From Vicugna vicugna (lineage: Eukaryota): 64,000 bases of DNA. The stretch covers positions 248,001 through 312,000 of the forward strand of contig MU058796.1 of NCBI GenBank assembly GCA_013265495.1, in the 5' to 3' direction. The notes beneath the pieces are model-generated. The model was given only the letters and a program-made list of their open reading frames with translations. It searched no databases and was not told where the DNA came from. Shown here in pieces: positions 1-13,507 of the stretch. The translations under genes were made by a program, and so were the position numbers. Within the stretch, counting starts at the first letter, position 1. The number at the start of each line of letters is the position of its first letter.

Positions 1-99
1 AGTAGATGTAAGTAATCTTTTTTTGGGGGGGGGGATATACTATAATGGAAAGAAGGCAGCTTCTAGAATCTTCTGGCTATGTTTATTTCAAAGATGCCA

Positions 100-256
100 G
101 CTGTTTGAACACAGGTGACTTCCTTACTGATCAGAACCTCAGTTTCCTGACTGTGGTTCCAGGACATACTAACTCACCAGGCGGCCATGAGATTAATTAG
201 AATGGTCTATATGGGAGTATTTTGTTAACTGCAAAGGGCAATGTATAAATGCAGAT
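100..256 (+). mobile_element. MIR/MIR3 SINE remnant
   Basis: Degenerate MIR core 'aacctcagtttcctgactgt...gagattaattagaatg...tttgttaactgcaaagg'. Confidence 0.45.
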
Positions 257-2008
257 TTTGTCAATATCCCACTTAGCTACAGAGCAGGATAGATTGTTCA
301 GAACAGATGCTTAGCATACTATTTAACTTTCTTATTAGAGCAATAAATATCTTTGGACTTTGGATAATAAATAGACTGTGTTTCATGGCATTCAAACTAC
401 CATTAGTAGCCACATTTGCTGTTGATTTACTAAAAAGAGAGAGGGGGAGGAAAAAAGAATTCCAGGCAGTTTTGTTTCAAAGAGGCACTTGTGATTTCAG
501 AGCTTGCTTGCCTTGACCACATGGAAAGGCATGAGCTTTCTACAGTGTGCACTTCCTTCAGCCGTTTCCTTCATTCCACACAGACCCCAGTTAAAATGTT
601 CCCATTGTGTGCGTCTTTGACTTGAGAGAAAACATTTTTCCATTTTATGTGAGAAGTACGTGGCATTTAGGCCCCTGATGGACCCAAAGAGTTCATTAGC
701 CTTTCTTCTTTAGTGGCCCAGATTGAAATCTCATCTAATGTTTTCCCATTAGAAATGAGATGGCAAGATATTTTCTGGGAAGTGATTTAGGTATACTAAA
801 ACAATCTATAAGGATCTATTGATTAGAAGTAGACTTGACTCAAACTTGATTTGTGTGCAGTGAAGTACCTTGGAAGGTGATGTGATTGACAGGCAGTGCA
901 GAATAGATTTGGGGCTGGAATAGTTAAGATACTGCAGCTCTTTATAAGGTACGTGGACAGAGCTAATCTGCGGAAAAGAAAATTTGAGAAAGAAAAATAA
1001 GGAATTTAAGAGTACTGAAGTACTGCATCCTCTGTGGTTGTAGTAGCATATATAAATTCAAACAAAACCAAAAAAAATTTTTTTGGCATACGGAGAGTTA
1101 TAGGAAAAAAGGAATTCCAGGGTGTTTCCATGAACTTTGAAAATATTCCTATTCCCTCAAATATGTATTGGTTGCCATTAGGTGATCCTAATTCGTTTTG
1201 TTCAATCACATAGTTTTAAAACTACTTACTAGCATGTAATAATGGCATTCTCCATTTAACTGGACTCAAACAAACAAAAAACCTGAATCTGAATGACTTG
1301 CCCATAATCTTGTATTGATCATGGTAGAGTCTAGAAAAGAATAAAATGATGATTTAAGAATTTCACAACTAGAGTAATAAAGATAAAGCATATATTAACA
1401 TAATAAGTCACACCCCAGCCAATTATGAAAATGAAGGAGTCTATTGAAAATTTTATATATTTGTTATGCCTTTTCACACCATAGATATACTTGAATGCAA
1501 GTCATGATGTAAGCAACATTTAAAATAATACGATGTTAGATGTTTCCAGACATATTTTGCCTGAGACAAAGCTGAGACAAATACTTTACTTTTTAATATG
1601 AATAGATTATGATCTGATAGCATTTTATTTATTCTGAAAATAATTCTTGATACTTGTTTGAAGAAATTTCAAACTATTTGTGGTGTTGAAGCAAAGAAAA
1701 AATTCAGTTATATTAATAAATCATAAATTTGAAACAACTAAATTTAAATTAAGTTTCATCTGAGTAGCTTAACTTTTTCCCAAAAGTGGTTAAATAAATC
1801 TCATTGTGTCTGTATATGCAAAATACTTCAAAGGGCAGACATTCCCTTTGGGCAAATTTAAGTTTATAGCATTTAAAAACAACCCAAAGATTGATCTTTT
1901 TAGACATTATCAATGTGGGAATAAGAGTGTCAAGAGTGAAAAATTAAGATAATCAGTTGTGGAATTACCTGTTCTTTTTAAAAAAATCTGGTTATAAATT
2001 ATCTAGTT

Positions 2009-2204
2009 CTGTACTGTTCAATATGGTAGCCTCTAGCAACATGTGGCTATTTAAATGTAGATAAATTAAAATAAGTAAAATTAAAAATCAGTATGTCAAT
2101 TGCCCTACATTTCAAGTTTTCAGTAACCATATGTAGCTCTTCTGTGGACAGTCCAGATATGATACATTTCCCATCATCACACAAAGTTCTACTGCACGGC
2201 ACTG
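2009..2204. mobile_element. MER3-like hAT-Charlie MITE
   Basis: Starts 'ctgtactgttcaatatggtagcctctagcaacatgtggctattt' and ends 'catcatcacacaaagttctactgcacggcactg', matching recalled MER3/MER33 termini. Confidence 0.75.
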
Positions 2205-3944
2205 AATTCTCCCTCCTATTTGCCATGTATGGTTTATGTCACCAGTATAATCAGGAAAATATGTAGAGCACTTGATATTCTGTCCCAAGTGCTGACAATT
2301 AGATAGCATTTCTCTTCTTTAAAAGTTAATGAACACAAAATTTTTCATATCCCAAGGTGTTCCATTAAATTATGGAAGTTATAACAAAATGAGGGTTGGA
2401 AATACTTAGAATTATATATTGGGTTCAATGAAGCACTAAAATAAGCTTATCAAGTCTCCATTTGTCCTCTGTTTGGAGAGAAGTTAATGGAAAAGAGCAT
2501 ATTTGTTCAAATGCTTTTTACACTAAACAAAACAATATTATGAAGGAAGTTCTTAATGTGTGTAAAGATTAGAATGTCATTGAAACAAAGTTCCTGATAG
2601 AGTGGAATGGGCTTCACTCTGCCGGGAAAAAAGATTTTTTCCTTTCTGTATTCCAGTATTTTGTTCTTGCAAGACTTAAACTGGATGTGTTTAAATGTTC
2701 AAAGTCATCAATAATAATTCATGGTATTTTTTTGTATCTGAGAACTAGCTGTCTGAAGATCTCAAAGTAATACATTGCCTTGCTATAAAACATTAAAAAA
2801 AAAAAGTCATCCTGTCCAATTTCTTCCTAGTTTTTGCTGCTGGTTGTGGTGTTAAGTGAAATACTATGGCTTCACAAAGAAAATCAAGAATTCCAAAACC
2901 TCAAATTTAACCATTAATACCAGAAGGCAGATTTTCTCTAAGGAAAATACAGTAGTGTTTCCTACTGGTTAAAAAGAAAAATTGAAGCAATGGCTTTTCT
3001 TCCATGAAATGTATTTCTAGAAACAGGGATCATTGTCTCTGACCTTTCTTGACCTTAGCCTGTTCTCTTTTGCTAAAGTCATTAAAATGATTAGAACCTC
3101 AAGGAGGTTTACAGTGTTATATTCATCTTCTCTTTTTAACTTACTCTGAACTGAATCAACCAGCTTTAAATCCTGCACACATCCTATTAATCCCTTCTAG
3201 CTCATCTGTCTGCCTGGATGAGTTTTCCTCAACAGATTCCCTGAATATGCGTTAAAAAACATAAATCACTGGATTAAACTTGTAGAGAATGATGAAAGCT
3301 AAATTTGTGTATATACATGTGGTAGGACAAATGGACCCTTTTATTATTTAACCTGAATGAAAGCAATAAATTTGAAACAGGTTCAACTGATGATATTGGT
3401 AATCCACAACAGATTTTGTAAGTGTTTTTGAATGAACATTGGTTTTGTTCAATAATCCCTTGGATTAAAGAAGGGTTAGATAACTCAAACAATCTGCAAA
3501 GAATGGTATTATTTTGCTATTTATCTTTTATTTTTACAAAAAAAAAAAACAGTATGTATGGTTTAGGCTTTAGCAAATTAGACCAAAAGTTGCATTTGTT
3601 ATTTTGTTTTTTGAAATCTGTGGTTGGTGCTAGACTATATAGTTTTACTCACATTTTTGGGTAGCAACCTATTCTTCATCTGCTATTGTTTCTGTGTAAT
3701 GTTATGCAGTAGTGTTATGTATTTTGTTTTCAGGTATGTTAACAATAGCCTCTTCTCTTAATTTCTTGCTGTACTTATCCACCACATTTACTGTAGGTGT
3801 TCTAAATTACATGAACTCTAGGATGTGGGATAAAAGTTGTTTTTCTTTTTTTTTAAATTCTACCATGTATTCACTTAGTTGCCCAACAAAAAAGAAGGTT
3901 TAAAAGAATTCTTAGGTGGATACTTGGATCTCATAATAATTAAA

Positions 3945-4180
3945 AACAAATAATTGTTAACTTTTACTTAGCAATTACTACATGCCAAAAAGTCTTTTCA
4001 TTCCTTATCTCATTGAATTCCTCATAACAGTTCTATGAGATAGGGGCAGTTATATCCCCATTTTTGCAGATGAGAAAACTAAATAACATAGTTAAGTAAT
4101 GTCCCCAAGGTCAGACATCTAGCAACTGGTATGCAAGTTCAAACACACGTTGTAATATCAGAACCTACATTCTCATACAC
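3945..4180 (-). mobile_element. MIR SINE
   Basis: Core 'ccccatttttgcagatgagaaaact...gttaagtaatgtccccaaggtca'. Confidence 0.75.
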
Positions 4181-4184
4181 CCGA

Positions 4185-4702
4185 TTAATTATTTATTGTT
4201 GCATAACAAATTACCCTAAAATTACTGCCTTAAAACAGTAAACATTTATCATCTCATAGGTTCTGGGGATCAGGAATTTAAGAGTGACTTAGCTGGGTGG
4301 TTCTGGATCCATGTTTCTTAGGAGGTTGTAGTCAGGACGTCAGCAGGAGCTGCAGTCACCTAAAGGCTTGACTGGGGCTTGAGGGTCGGCTTCTAAGAGG
4401 GCTCGCTCAGGTAAGTGTACGTGGGATGCCTCAGCGCCTCTTCCACTGTCGGTAGATGACTCAGTTCCTTGCCACTTGGACCTCTCTGGAGAGCTGCTTG
4501 ACTGTTCTCTTGACATAGTAGCTGGTTCTTTCAAAATAAAACAAAAATCACAATGTCTTTTATAACCTAGACTCAGAAGGCACACTCCATATTTTCTGCA
4601 ATATCCTGTTGATTACACAAGCCAGCCTATTCTGCATAGGATAGAACTACACAAGGAAGTGGATATCAAGAAATAGACCATCTTGGAGCCTGCCTATGAT
4701 AT
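4185..4702 (-). mobile_element. MaLR solo LTR (MLT1H-like)
   Basis: 'ttgcataacaaattaccctaaa...cttagctgggtggttctgg...gctgcagtcacctaaaggcttgactggggct...ccatcttggagcctgcct'. Confidence 0.75.
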
Positions 4703-5027
4703 CTGCTAAAGTACACTACCTCCCAAGACAAGCTCTATATTCCTAGCATAGAACGTATTATTACAGAATTTACACATTCCAGCTTTTCATGTCTATATTT
4801 TTAAATATTGAACAAAAGAACAGCACTGAAATGAAATGCCTACTGCTACTGATTTAGATCTTTAATGGAGAGGATATTGTTTATACTGCGTAAAAATTTC
4901 CAGAATAATATTCACATCATACTCAAATGTAGGAATAAAATTATATTGAATGAAGACGCTGAATGGTTTTTCAATGATCCGTTATTTTGTTCTCAACCAG
5001 ATTCCCATTTTGCTCTAATCTATATTA

Positions 5028-5254
5028 CCAAAGGTTGTCTATGCTACTTCTATAAAGAGCTAGATAGTAAACATTTATAGCTTTGCAGGCCACACAGTCC
5101 CTGTTGCAATAATTCGGCTTTGCTGTTGGAATATGAGAGCAGTAACAGACAATATGTAAGTGAATAAGCATATCTGTCTTCCAATAAAACTTTATTTACA
5201 AAAACATATGGTAGATCAGATTTGGCCCACAAGGCCACAGTTTATCAATCCTTG
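5028..5254. mobile_element. MER58A-like hAT MITE
   Basis: 'agatagtaaacatttatagctttgcaggccac...ccaataaaactttatttacaaaaaca...atttggcccac'. Confidence 0.8.
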
Positions 5255-6139
5255 GTTATAACCATTCTTTAGGTGGACTTTTGAACAGTTATTACTTTGA
5301 TTTAAGGTAATTAAAATTACTTTAAATTTTATATGACAGAATCATATTAAGTGGTTTTGTCCTGACCCATAAAATATTGTGCAATTTTAGGAAAGCTGGC
5401 AGCACTGTCAAGATAGAAAAGATGAACCTCTGTAAAAAACAGAGCATAATAGATAAGACAGACTATTTACCCATCAAATAATTGCTCTAAAAATATCAAG
5501 TCATTCTAGAATACAGACTGATTTAGGGGGGCTAAAATTTTGATAATTCCTTATTCTGTTGATATCTCTCTGATAAATATTTCATATTTTCAGCTGACCT
5601 TGAATTGTCTAGACTCTATGTACTGCACCCAGCATAGAATAGGCACTCAAGAAATATTTGTTGAATGAATTAAACATCTTACCTCTTTTACCTCTTCTTT
5701 ATCATCCTCTCCTCTCCCCCAGGCCTTCACTGCCTTTTCTTGTCTCTTCAGTAAGTTTGTCAGAGCATATTGTGATATATGAAGTTCATGTTTAGTTTTG
5801 CTTTTAAGAAGTCATTCTACAAAAAGTAAAGGGCAGTCGAGAAATAACTATTGGAAGAAAATTTAAGATATAAAGACTTAAAAACAAATTGGAAAATTAT
5901 AGACTAGAATGAACATTGATTTCAAATAGAGCAGCTAACAGAAGCAATGAAGCATCAGACAACAGAGTGATTGGTGAGGAGTTTATTGGCCTCTGACAAA
6001 GCTATTAAAGACCAGTTCAATTTAGTCTTTCTCACCTTCATTTCTGTTATTTTTACTCTAAGGACAAAAATTATTTTTTTTGAAAACCCACATTCTAATG
6101 TGGTTATATCTATATCTTAAAAGATATCTACTAAAATGT

Positions 6140-6265
6140 TCAATCATTTATTCAAACACATATTTATTGAGTGCTTACAGTGTGTCAAGCACTATGCAAG
6201 TTCTCAGAGATATAATGGAAAAGCAAAACATAGATCCTGTCCTTAATCTACTTACAGGCTGATGG
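6140..6265 (-). mobile_element. L2 3' end
   Basis: 'catttattcaaacacatatttattgagtgcttac...agcactatgc'. A plus-strand L2 tail is also present at about 5600-5672. Confidence 0.7.
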
Positions 6266-6519
6266 GGGCTACAAAAAAATAAACAGGCATGGTAAAAATG
6301 AACAGCATCATGAGGTATAAGGTTCATACCCAACTTAATAAATTGTACATTAAACAGATGTATTAAAACTTTAATACTCTGGTCCCAAAGACAATACCGA
6401 CTGTGCATTTCAGCTATTTCTACTTTTTAAAACAAAAGAAACAACAAAAAATCATAAATACTAATACTGGAATACATTGCTTGATAACTGTGTTCCAGAA
6501 AATGCAAATTATTAATAGT

Positions 6520-6780
6520 GTTTTAAGAGAAAAAATTTCCTAGTGAAATTTTTTGTAAAATGCTGAGTTCAACATAAACAGCTTTTTTTCCTGTTTATTA
6601 TTATTGCAGGACTTCTCAGTGCCTATAAAACGGTAATAAGCACTGTGACTCACCCAGGGGGCAAGCATGGTTTACTGTCTTGAAATATATTTGATGAGGG
6701 CATGCTTTTTTTAAGGAAACATCGGTTAATAGCTACCAGGAGATGGATGTTTCTTGGGACATGGTTTTAGAAACACCACC
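6520..6780. mobile_element. hAT-Charlie MITE (MER103-like)
   Basis: Motif 'gcaggacttctcagtgcctataaa...taataagcactgtga'. Related copies lie at about 40150-40410 and 63800-63952. Confidence 0.5.
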
Positions 6781-9617
6781 ACATTACAACTTACACATTT
6801 TAATTAAATCATATAAATTATATTCTAGGAGAGCTAATTCTTTAAGTGAGATAATAAGTAGTTTTTTTGTTAGGCAACTGTTTTTGCAACACTCTCCAAT
6901 ATTATACCTTTCAAATCCAGAATTTGGTTGCTTTACTCTTTTTAAAAGAAACATTTGCCCACGGTCCCATTAAAAACTATCAAATTTTGCTAATCCTCAG
7001 CTGATTAAACAACAGTATTCCAGAGAGTCCAACTAGGTAACTATCTATGGTCTCAGCCTGCAGAGAACAGCAAAAGGATGAACGGATTAAGCCAACTGTT
7101 TGTAGCACTCAATTGTGTCCCCAGCTTAAGCACCCTTTTTCTTTCTATTCATCCAACTTTTTCTCTCTTTTTATTTCTTCATAATTCCCTTTTTTCCTCC
7201 TCTTTCCTACTCTGGTTTTTTTTTTTTTTTCTTTCTTCATCTCTCCCTTTTACCCAACTCCCTTTCCAATGACTTAGGTCTGTCTATGGCCACCAAAGGT
7301 TTAAGTGTATCCCTACTGGTGACCGTCATAGCAACAGTATTTTAATTCATGTGTAGGAATGGCAATAGTGAGGTAGGCAGCTCATTCATAGCAATGGAAG
7401 GGGTAAAGACGCAGTCATATCAGCACAAACTGACACCTCTTTTCCTAGTCTCCTCTCTACTGGCGCCACTGGTGCTGGCTCAGTCTTGCCCAAAGCAACT
7501 GTGGAAGATGAGACCACACCATCTTAGTGCGTGTGTATGGAGGAGAACTTCTCTTTAGGGGGGATTTAATTTATACACTATTCATCTCCAAATCAGTCAC
7601 TTTGTATTTGAGTTTTTCAAATTATAAAGTGCTCTCTCAAATACTTATTATAAACAATAAAGTACTATTTGGACAAGACACAGAGTGTTAAAGAAATTCA
7701 AACAACAATAGGTTTTGAATTGTTAGAAAAGTCCTTAATTGAATTGGTGAAAATAGAAGACAAAGTAAATGCAGACAACAATTATTTCTGGGGAGTCTCG
7801 CTTCATAGTTGCAAGTGTTAGATAATGTGGTAAATAAGCTTTTATTCAGATTATTTTAAAAAGCAATGTAGTAAGTTATTACAAAGTAGAGATCAAACCT
7901 ACAAAATGAATTTTTAAAGTTATAAGCACTTTTAAAAGAAGCCTATGGGAATCCTATAGGCTTAAGCAGGAAAATCATCTAACATGCAGTGAATACTTGT
8001 ATAAGCAGGGTAGGAGGCAGTGGGGGTATGAAACTGAAAATGGTTTAAGCAAAAGAAGGAAGGAAAATCAGAGACTGGTAACTGACCAAAAGAAGCACCT
8101 GCTTTCCGGAAATTAAAATCATGTATTAGGCAGCTCTGACTTAATTGCCAAATGGGGTGAAGCCCAGTCTCTAATATAAAAGGGCCCCAAATTATAATTG
8201 GGCATCATGGATTAAAATTCAATACCTGAAAATTTCCTCAGAAATGAATAGGCAACCGGGACAGACTGCAGAGCACAGTACAATATGCTTCCCACAGCTG
8301 ACACTGGCAGGTCACTTTATTTGGCACCAAATAAAGTTCCCAAGTGGTCTTTAAGGGCATTCAGCTGCTGAGTGCTTATTTCATTCATCCCTTATTGTGC
8401 TGCCAGTAGCAGATCCAAAGAAGTAGCATGAATCAGCTCTGTGGATGGAATTTTCTCAGGCTGAGTGATGGAGATGCAACTGAACGTACTTCACCAATTT
8501 AGTGGGACCTCTGCTAACAGCAATACCCTGAATGGTAGCAGCTCTCATACAGTGTCATTCTACAGGAAATTCAGGGAAAATGTGGATAAAACTGAACACT
8601 AGGAAACTTCCAAAACAGATAGCATTTTGTGACAAAAAATATTTTAAATGAGAAACCTTATATATTTTTGTCCTTACTGTATAATTTAGAAAATTGTGAA
8701 ACAAGGCTGTTGTCCCCCTTTGTGTGTATCTCCAGATACAAAGTAGAGGCTGACTGTTAAATTCCCTACATTTAGAATAAAACCACAGTGTTATATACTT
8801 AGCGATTTTTAGCTGCTGCTTTTAAAAGACAATTCATTCAACATCTTTAGTTTTATATGTGCTAATTTCAGAGTATATACTCAATACTGGAGTGTGTTTC
8901 CTTGTTTCTGTCAATTCTAGTAAAATTTTCTAATCATAAAATAGTATTTCATGTCCTCCCCCATGTGGGTTTAAGAACTGCAGGAGCTAGAGCAATTCTA
9001 CTGAGGTCATGAACCTGTCTGACGAACTACAGATGAATGTAAAATATTCTTCCAAGCTTAACAGGCCTTATTAATGTGCAGTTCCAGTACACATTTTTTA
9101 TTTAAATTCAAGGAAAGGTTAAAAGGCAGTACTTTTTATTATTGTTTTGCCTTTGGTTTAGGACAAATTCCGCATGTATCTACAACAGAAATAGTCTGCT
9201 AATTATTTCATATAAATCACTTTTAGCGGCAGTATCTAAGTGCTACTATCACTGAATGGTTACGAGGCTTACATTTCCATTAGAATTAGAATTGAGGGCT
9301 AATTATTTTAGTTAAAGCTAAATTTGATCTAAATGGGAAGCATATTTGGCACTCAATCTAGAAACCTAGGGCTGTTATTAAAAGACTGCTTGTGAATAGA
9401 GAGATGATAAAAATACATACAGATTTTTTGGTTTTCCATTTTTAGGAGAACTTGGTATAGTTACAGTGGGATCATTAACAGAAGTATAGTAATATAATAT
9501 GATTAATATAAGATGTTCCATTCTTCTGTTTATGGCCAAATTTTGCAGTATAAGATGAATTAATTTGCCCAAATAAATCTGTGCAAGTACCTAAATGCTT
9601 CTCGAAATTGAATTTCT

Positions 9618-9780
9618 TCTAACTTCCTATTATGGAAATTTCCAAATTTACACTAAAATAAGCAGAATACTATAAAGAACCTCCATGTACCCACTATCCA
9701 AATTCAGTGATTATCAACCCATTATCTATCTTGTTTCACCTATATCCCAACCCCTTCCCTCATCACACTCTTCCTCTTGA
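9618..9780 (-). mobile_element. Old L1 (L1ME/L1MC-type) 3' fragment
   Basis: 'attatggaaatttccaaatttacac...gaacctccatgtacccact...cttgtttcacctata'. Confidence 0.6.
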
Positions 9781-11432
9781 GCAGACTAAATGTAGAAGAC
9801 AAACAGTATGAGATTTTCAAATTATAACTGGTGCCTTCTCTAGGTCAAGCACTTAGGAGGCGTTTTTTTTTCCCCCCAAAGTTTACTCGGGAAAAGAATG
9901 ATGTACTATACATATACCACAACATGAAATGATGGATGAGGTGGATATTTAGTAAAATTGTACCTCCAACACCAGGAATTCAACAATCTAGGTTTTCATT
10001 TTCTATAAATTTTCTAGGTAAGTGATAATAGTGCTCTTTTTCATCAGTGTAAACTCTCATCCTCTGACTCTACCATTCCTCTAAAGCTCTCAGCCTTTCT
10101 TTCTCTTTCTCTCCTTATTTATTTTTGCCTCTATATAAATCGTAGGTAATAATATTTCCCACATCATAGCTGGTTACATTTTAATGATAGCCTCCAAGGA
10201 CAGGTGTCAGTTAAATGAAACATATAATTAAAATTTGTGCTATTCTAAAATCAGGTTAGTTGGCAATATGCAAATCAGAAACCAACCCCATTCAGATGAT
10301 AGGCATGTCGTACTCATCCAGGGTACAGAGTGTGCAGCAGATTCAACTGAGGCCCGTCTTTGCTGGGTGCCAAAGATATGATGGAGTGCTTAGTTTGGCA
10401 CACCCACATTTCAGGTGTTTCTATTTGGCGTCTAAATTAGTGTTCTACACCTTGGAACTTCGGCAACCAGAGCTCTTGTTCTTGATTATCCCAACAATTT
10501 GTGTGAAGGCTATATATGTTTTACCAAGGAATTAATTTAGGTACATTCATACATGTATATGTATATATTATGCAATTATTGTACCTATGTAATAAGTATG
10601 ATATTATAAATTTCTTTAACATCCAGTACTTCCTGAGTAAGAAATAGGAAGACACGATGTCTTGGTGCCAGTCTTCGATATACACCTCACCTTGTTGGAT
10701 CCCATGCTTTTCCTTTCAGCCATGGTTATCATTTTCCTAAAGGAATGTCTCTTGAAGTATACTAGTGTTCAAGAGCTCCTGAGACTCCTTTGGCAGTTGC
10801 TCAAGAGCAAGCTCTCTGACTTTGTTATGGTCCCTGTTAATTTTGCTCTTGTAACTCCAACCTTTCATTGATTTCTTTATCTTTGGATTTGCCCTTTATG
10901 TCCTGCCTCACTCTGCCAAGGGAAAAACATATGATCTCTGTTGAGTTGGAAAAGTCATTACCTTTTCACCTGTAGTCCTCAACTATTGACACCCTGCATG
11001 AATTTGTGCCAGGCTCTAGTTCTCTTGGTCCCACTAACCACTGAGATGTAGTCCCTTCTACTCTTGGACTTCAGTCTGCATGTCCCACATGGTCTTCCAA
11101 TAAGGGTCTCCTAGGCCCATGCAGTGTCTGTCACACAGTATGATTTTACTGCCAGGTCTTCTCTATGTTCTTACCAGGCTCCTTGGTGATACACTGGCTG
11201 ATAGACTACAAAACATAGCTGAGTCTTCAGTCTCAGTGATGTCTCTGGCTTGCTTTAACTCTTAAGCTTGAGCCTCTGTGAATCAGCAGTCAGATGAAGA
11301 CAATTTCACTTCCCCAACTAGGTGTCACTTGCAAGATTATCCTGTCAGGAAATTAGCCCATTCTCTATGCTCATTTACCCAGTTTCCTGTTGCAAATCTT
11401 TCCCTTCTCCCATAGCTTCAAGGCACAGGGAG

Positions 11433-11476
11433 AAAAAAAATCAAGTTGTTACTATTCAACCAGAAACACCTTTATT
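11433..11476 (-). terminator. Candidate polyadenylation signal with downstream U-rich element
   Basis: Minus strand reads AATAAAggtgtttctggttgaatagtaacaacttgaTTTTTTTT, at the edge of the repeat-free block. A second candidate AATAAA is at 15023-15028. Confidence 0.4.
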
Positions 11477-13480
11477 TTAAAATTATTTTTAAGTTATTTA
11501 AATGTTCAGTCTTTCCTGCCTCACTGTGTGGGTTTCATGCTAACAAATGCACTATAGAAAGATTTAGATACATGTTTCCTTTGATTTTCTTTTGAATAAA
11601 TCTGGACTTTTAAAAAATCAGTAAGGAAAGGCACAAACTATTAGGAAAGCATTCAGGGTAGATTAATTGCTTATCAAGTTTTCATTCTCTCTTCAAAACA
11701 TGTTGAACCACTTGTTTTACATGAATTCTAAAGGCTGGCACTAGCTTTCACTTCAGGAAATAAATGACACAGGGTATTATATTTTAAGGACCATTAAAAC
11801 CTTGAAATTGCACGGTGACTTAAAAAACAACAAGTTATTTAGCCTAGATAGCTTTGTAATGGTTATACAATAGGGAAATTCATTGTTAAATGACCCTCCC
11901 ACTCTAACTTCACATATAATGCTTGGCAGGAAGAGGAAGGAGAAATGAGACCAGCATCCGGTACACAGGGTGTAATGTAAATAATGTAGGAACGTTAGGG
12001 GTCTGGTGACAAGTGGATTGGAGATAATGCACCAAATCTTCCTTGGAATCTTGTGCTTATGGACCCCACAGTTGGTGATTAGAAACTTTTTTGGCCAGTA
12101 CTAACGAGGCTAGTTCATTGCTGTTGTCATAATTCCAAACTTCCATACTCTTACTACAGGAGTTGCTCTTATCTGCATGTTAATGTATTTGAGATAAACA
12201 ACAGAAGGTAGCTGTAATATTGTTAATGAAACTATTTTAATATAAATGATTTGGGAATTATGTTAAGTGGCATTTGAATCTGATGCATCTATTGTCTAAT
12301 TTATCACCTTTCTAACCTTTTCTTTTACACCTTCATTAGAACATTTAGGAAGGTAATGAAACCTAGCTCACAGGTTAGAGGCAGAACATGACAAGTTCTA
12401 AATTAACAAGAATGATAACAGAAAGAATTCTTTTCAGCAGAATGACAAACCAACAACAACAATAAACAAAAAGAAAACTCCACCTGTTTTTATGACAGCA
12501 TTTGAGACTATAAAGAAGCAATAATTGCTTAACTAACCAAAGTGATACAGTTCATTATTTTTCTATTGCACGTTTATGTAGTTTTTCCCCTGAAGCACAT
12601 GCATAATTTGTATTTTTTTAAATATGATTTACATATGGCACTTGAGGAGAAATGTTTTAGAAAACCGTAAAGTGTTCTTCCTTGTAGAGGCAATGTCCTT
12701 TCTTGTTAATGCCGAGGATGCTTTTCCCCAAGCACTCATTCCCTGCTCAAGATAGTGTAGCGACTAATGAGGAAAACACGACTAGTACCTCAGTTGAATG
12801 TTTTCCTTTGTTTATCTACAGGGAGTTCATCCTGCAATGGGAAGAATACTGTAGTATCAATGAGTCTAAAAATGCTCAGATTCTGCCAAGAGGAAAGTTA
12901 TAAAGCTTTGTGTACCCATGGTTTAAATTAATCTAAAACAATGCAAAAGGAACTGTATCATCTCAAAGAACATCAACCACACTTAATGCTTCCATTGTCT
13001 TGTTTATAAAATACAACCCATCTTATTTACATGGGTCTCATTTCCAACCACAGGGTCACTGATTGGCAATACTAGAAGAGGAGCATTTAAATGGCCATCT
13101 CTGATACTGGCACTTGCCCCTTATTAAAGGTATATGATGTTTTTCAGCCTACTTGGGATTTCCAGAGTAGTTCCAGTTATTGGCAGTTTTTGAAAACAAC
13201 TCTATACCCAATAATAATGAGCACCTTCAGTTGGATTTTTTTTTAAAGATGGCATTAATTCAGAATATAAATTAAGAGAATATGTTTGATGGTGAAAAGG
13301 TACAAATCTACCCACACATTTTGGTTTCATGTATAAAATATAAATAGCATATGAACTCTACCTCGTGTCCTCAGAAAGAGCTGCAGCTTTTTTTCCCCTT
13401 CTGAAGCGTGTTCAAAATATGCTATTTTAAACATAATAATCCATAAATAAAATATAGGGCTTGCCAAAATTATTTTTTAC

Positions 13481-13507
13481 ATATATATATATATATATAT
13501 ATATATA
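13481..13507. repeat. (AT)n microsatellite
   Basis: Perfect AT dinucleotide run. Confidence 0.95.

Noticed and set aside
10650..11420. Possible old LTR-like segment
   Set aside because: Texture is suggestive but I could not match any consensus.
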